Below are positions 63,158-64,000 of a stretch of 64,000 nucleotides of DNA, piece after piece; position 1 is the first letter of the stretch; each line of letters begins with the position of its first letter. The notes below the pieces were generated by a model. The model did no database searches. It had not been told where the DNA came from and saw only the letters and a list, made by a program, of their open reading frames with translations. A program made the position numbers and the translations under genes. The DNA comes from Camelus ferus (taxonomy: Eukaryota): the NCBI RefSeq assembly GCF_009834535.1, contig NC_045701.1, forward strand, positions 26,536,001-26,600,000. Reading direction: 5' to 3'.

Positions 63158-64000
63158 TACAGGCCTTTCTAGAAGATATTTTACTTCTGGATGCAATTTA
63201 GACTGTTCACATAATCTAAGAGAAGGGGGAATTCTTTAAAGCCAGTTTTTGAGGATGGGAGAAGAGCTTATTATGATCCTTTTTTCTAGCCATGGTCATT
63301 TAGTCATTTTAACTCTAATATACTATTATTTATCCCAAAGATTTATTTTTTCCAAACAGAGAGTAACATACAGAATAATTTGGGGGCTTTATTCTAATGG
63401 AGCTTTCATCTTTAGCCACACTATCATTTAGGGGGCTACTTTGGAAGTATTTCTTCCACGATTCTCAAATCCAAAAAGCGTACTATAGACTTTTAATAGT
63501 GTAAGTACACTATAGACTTAAAGCAATAATGATTTTTTACAGTTCCATTAATCTCTTATGCAGATGGGACATATTATTTTATTCTGGGCTTCCCCCACAT
63601 TTCTTTGGCAAGACCAAACATACACTATTTCAACCCAGAAGATTTTATTTCTCATAATATTAGAAGGTATGTTGTAGAATTCAATTTACAAACTTGGCTA
63701 CAGATCCAACTACAACAAATAACATAATACCAAAAACATCAGTTACAAAAGCCTAATATAAAATGAGTAATTTCCTGCTGAATGGCAGGTATGGAAAGCT
63801 GCTATAGAATCCAATTTTTTTCTGGACAGATCATCAGGGGGCTGTCACCACAACTGTCACTAAATACTTTAAGCAGTGACCCAAAGCTTCTGCATTTAAG
63901 AGAAGGCCTCTTACAAAAGAAATTGATTCTGCTGTCTGGAAATTTACTTTTCAAAGGGGATGAGAGACAATAGGCATGGATAGCATTTAATTCACATAAT

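Noticed and set aside
1-64000. Prokaryotic/viral operon, NUMT, rRNA or intact retroviral ORFs
   Set aside because: No gene-dense region, no long ORF and no such sequence recognised

Overview
AT-rich mammalian genomic DNA from a draft assembly with three N gaps. It is very probably camelid, judged from a tRNA-Ala-derived vic-1-type SINE with target-site duplications and two truncated cetartiodactyl-type L1 3' ends. Much of the window is ancient interspersed repeat (L2, MIR, MaLR/ERVL LTRs, L1M, MER5, Tigger1 MITE) plus microsatellites. Repeat families were assigned by eye from remembered consensus motifs, so boundaries are approximate. I cannot name any gene, and no supplied ORF is a convincing stand-alone protein. 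The leading hypothesis is an unidentified minus-strand spliced transcription unit: several repeat-free, often CpG-retaining patches carry good minus-strand splice signals, including a candidate terminal exon (ESLKAIAAETNPKPK*) with 3'UTR and AATAAA, a 186-nt phase-symmetric exon with one in-frame TGA, and several microexon-sized units. Chance can produce some of these, so RNA evidence is needed. The best-supported direct observations are a 37-bp templated insertion copied from 1.7 kb away, a 38-bp tandem duplication, a nested MIR/Tigger/L1MC/young-L1 stack and a scrambled, partly inverted L1. I see no evidence for a novel multi-gene system.
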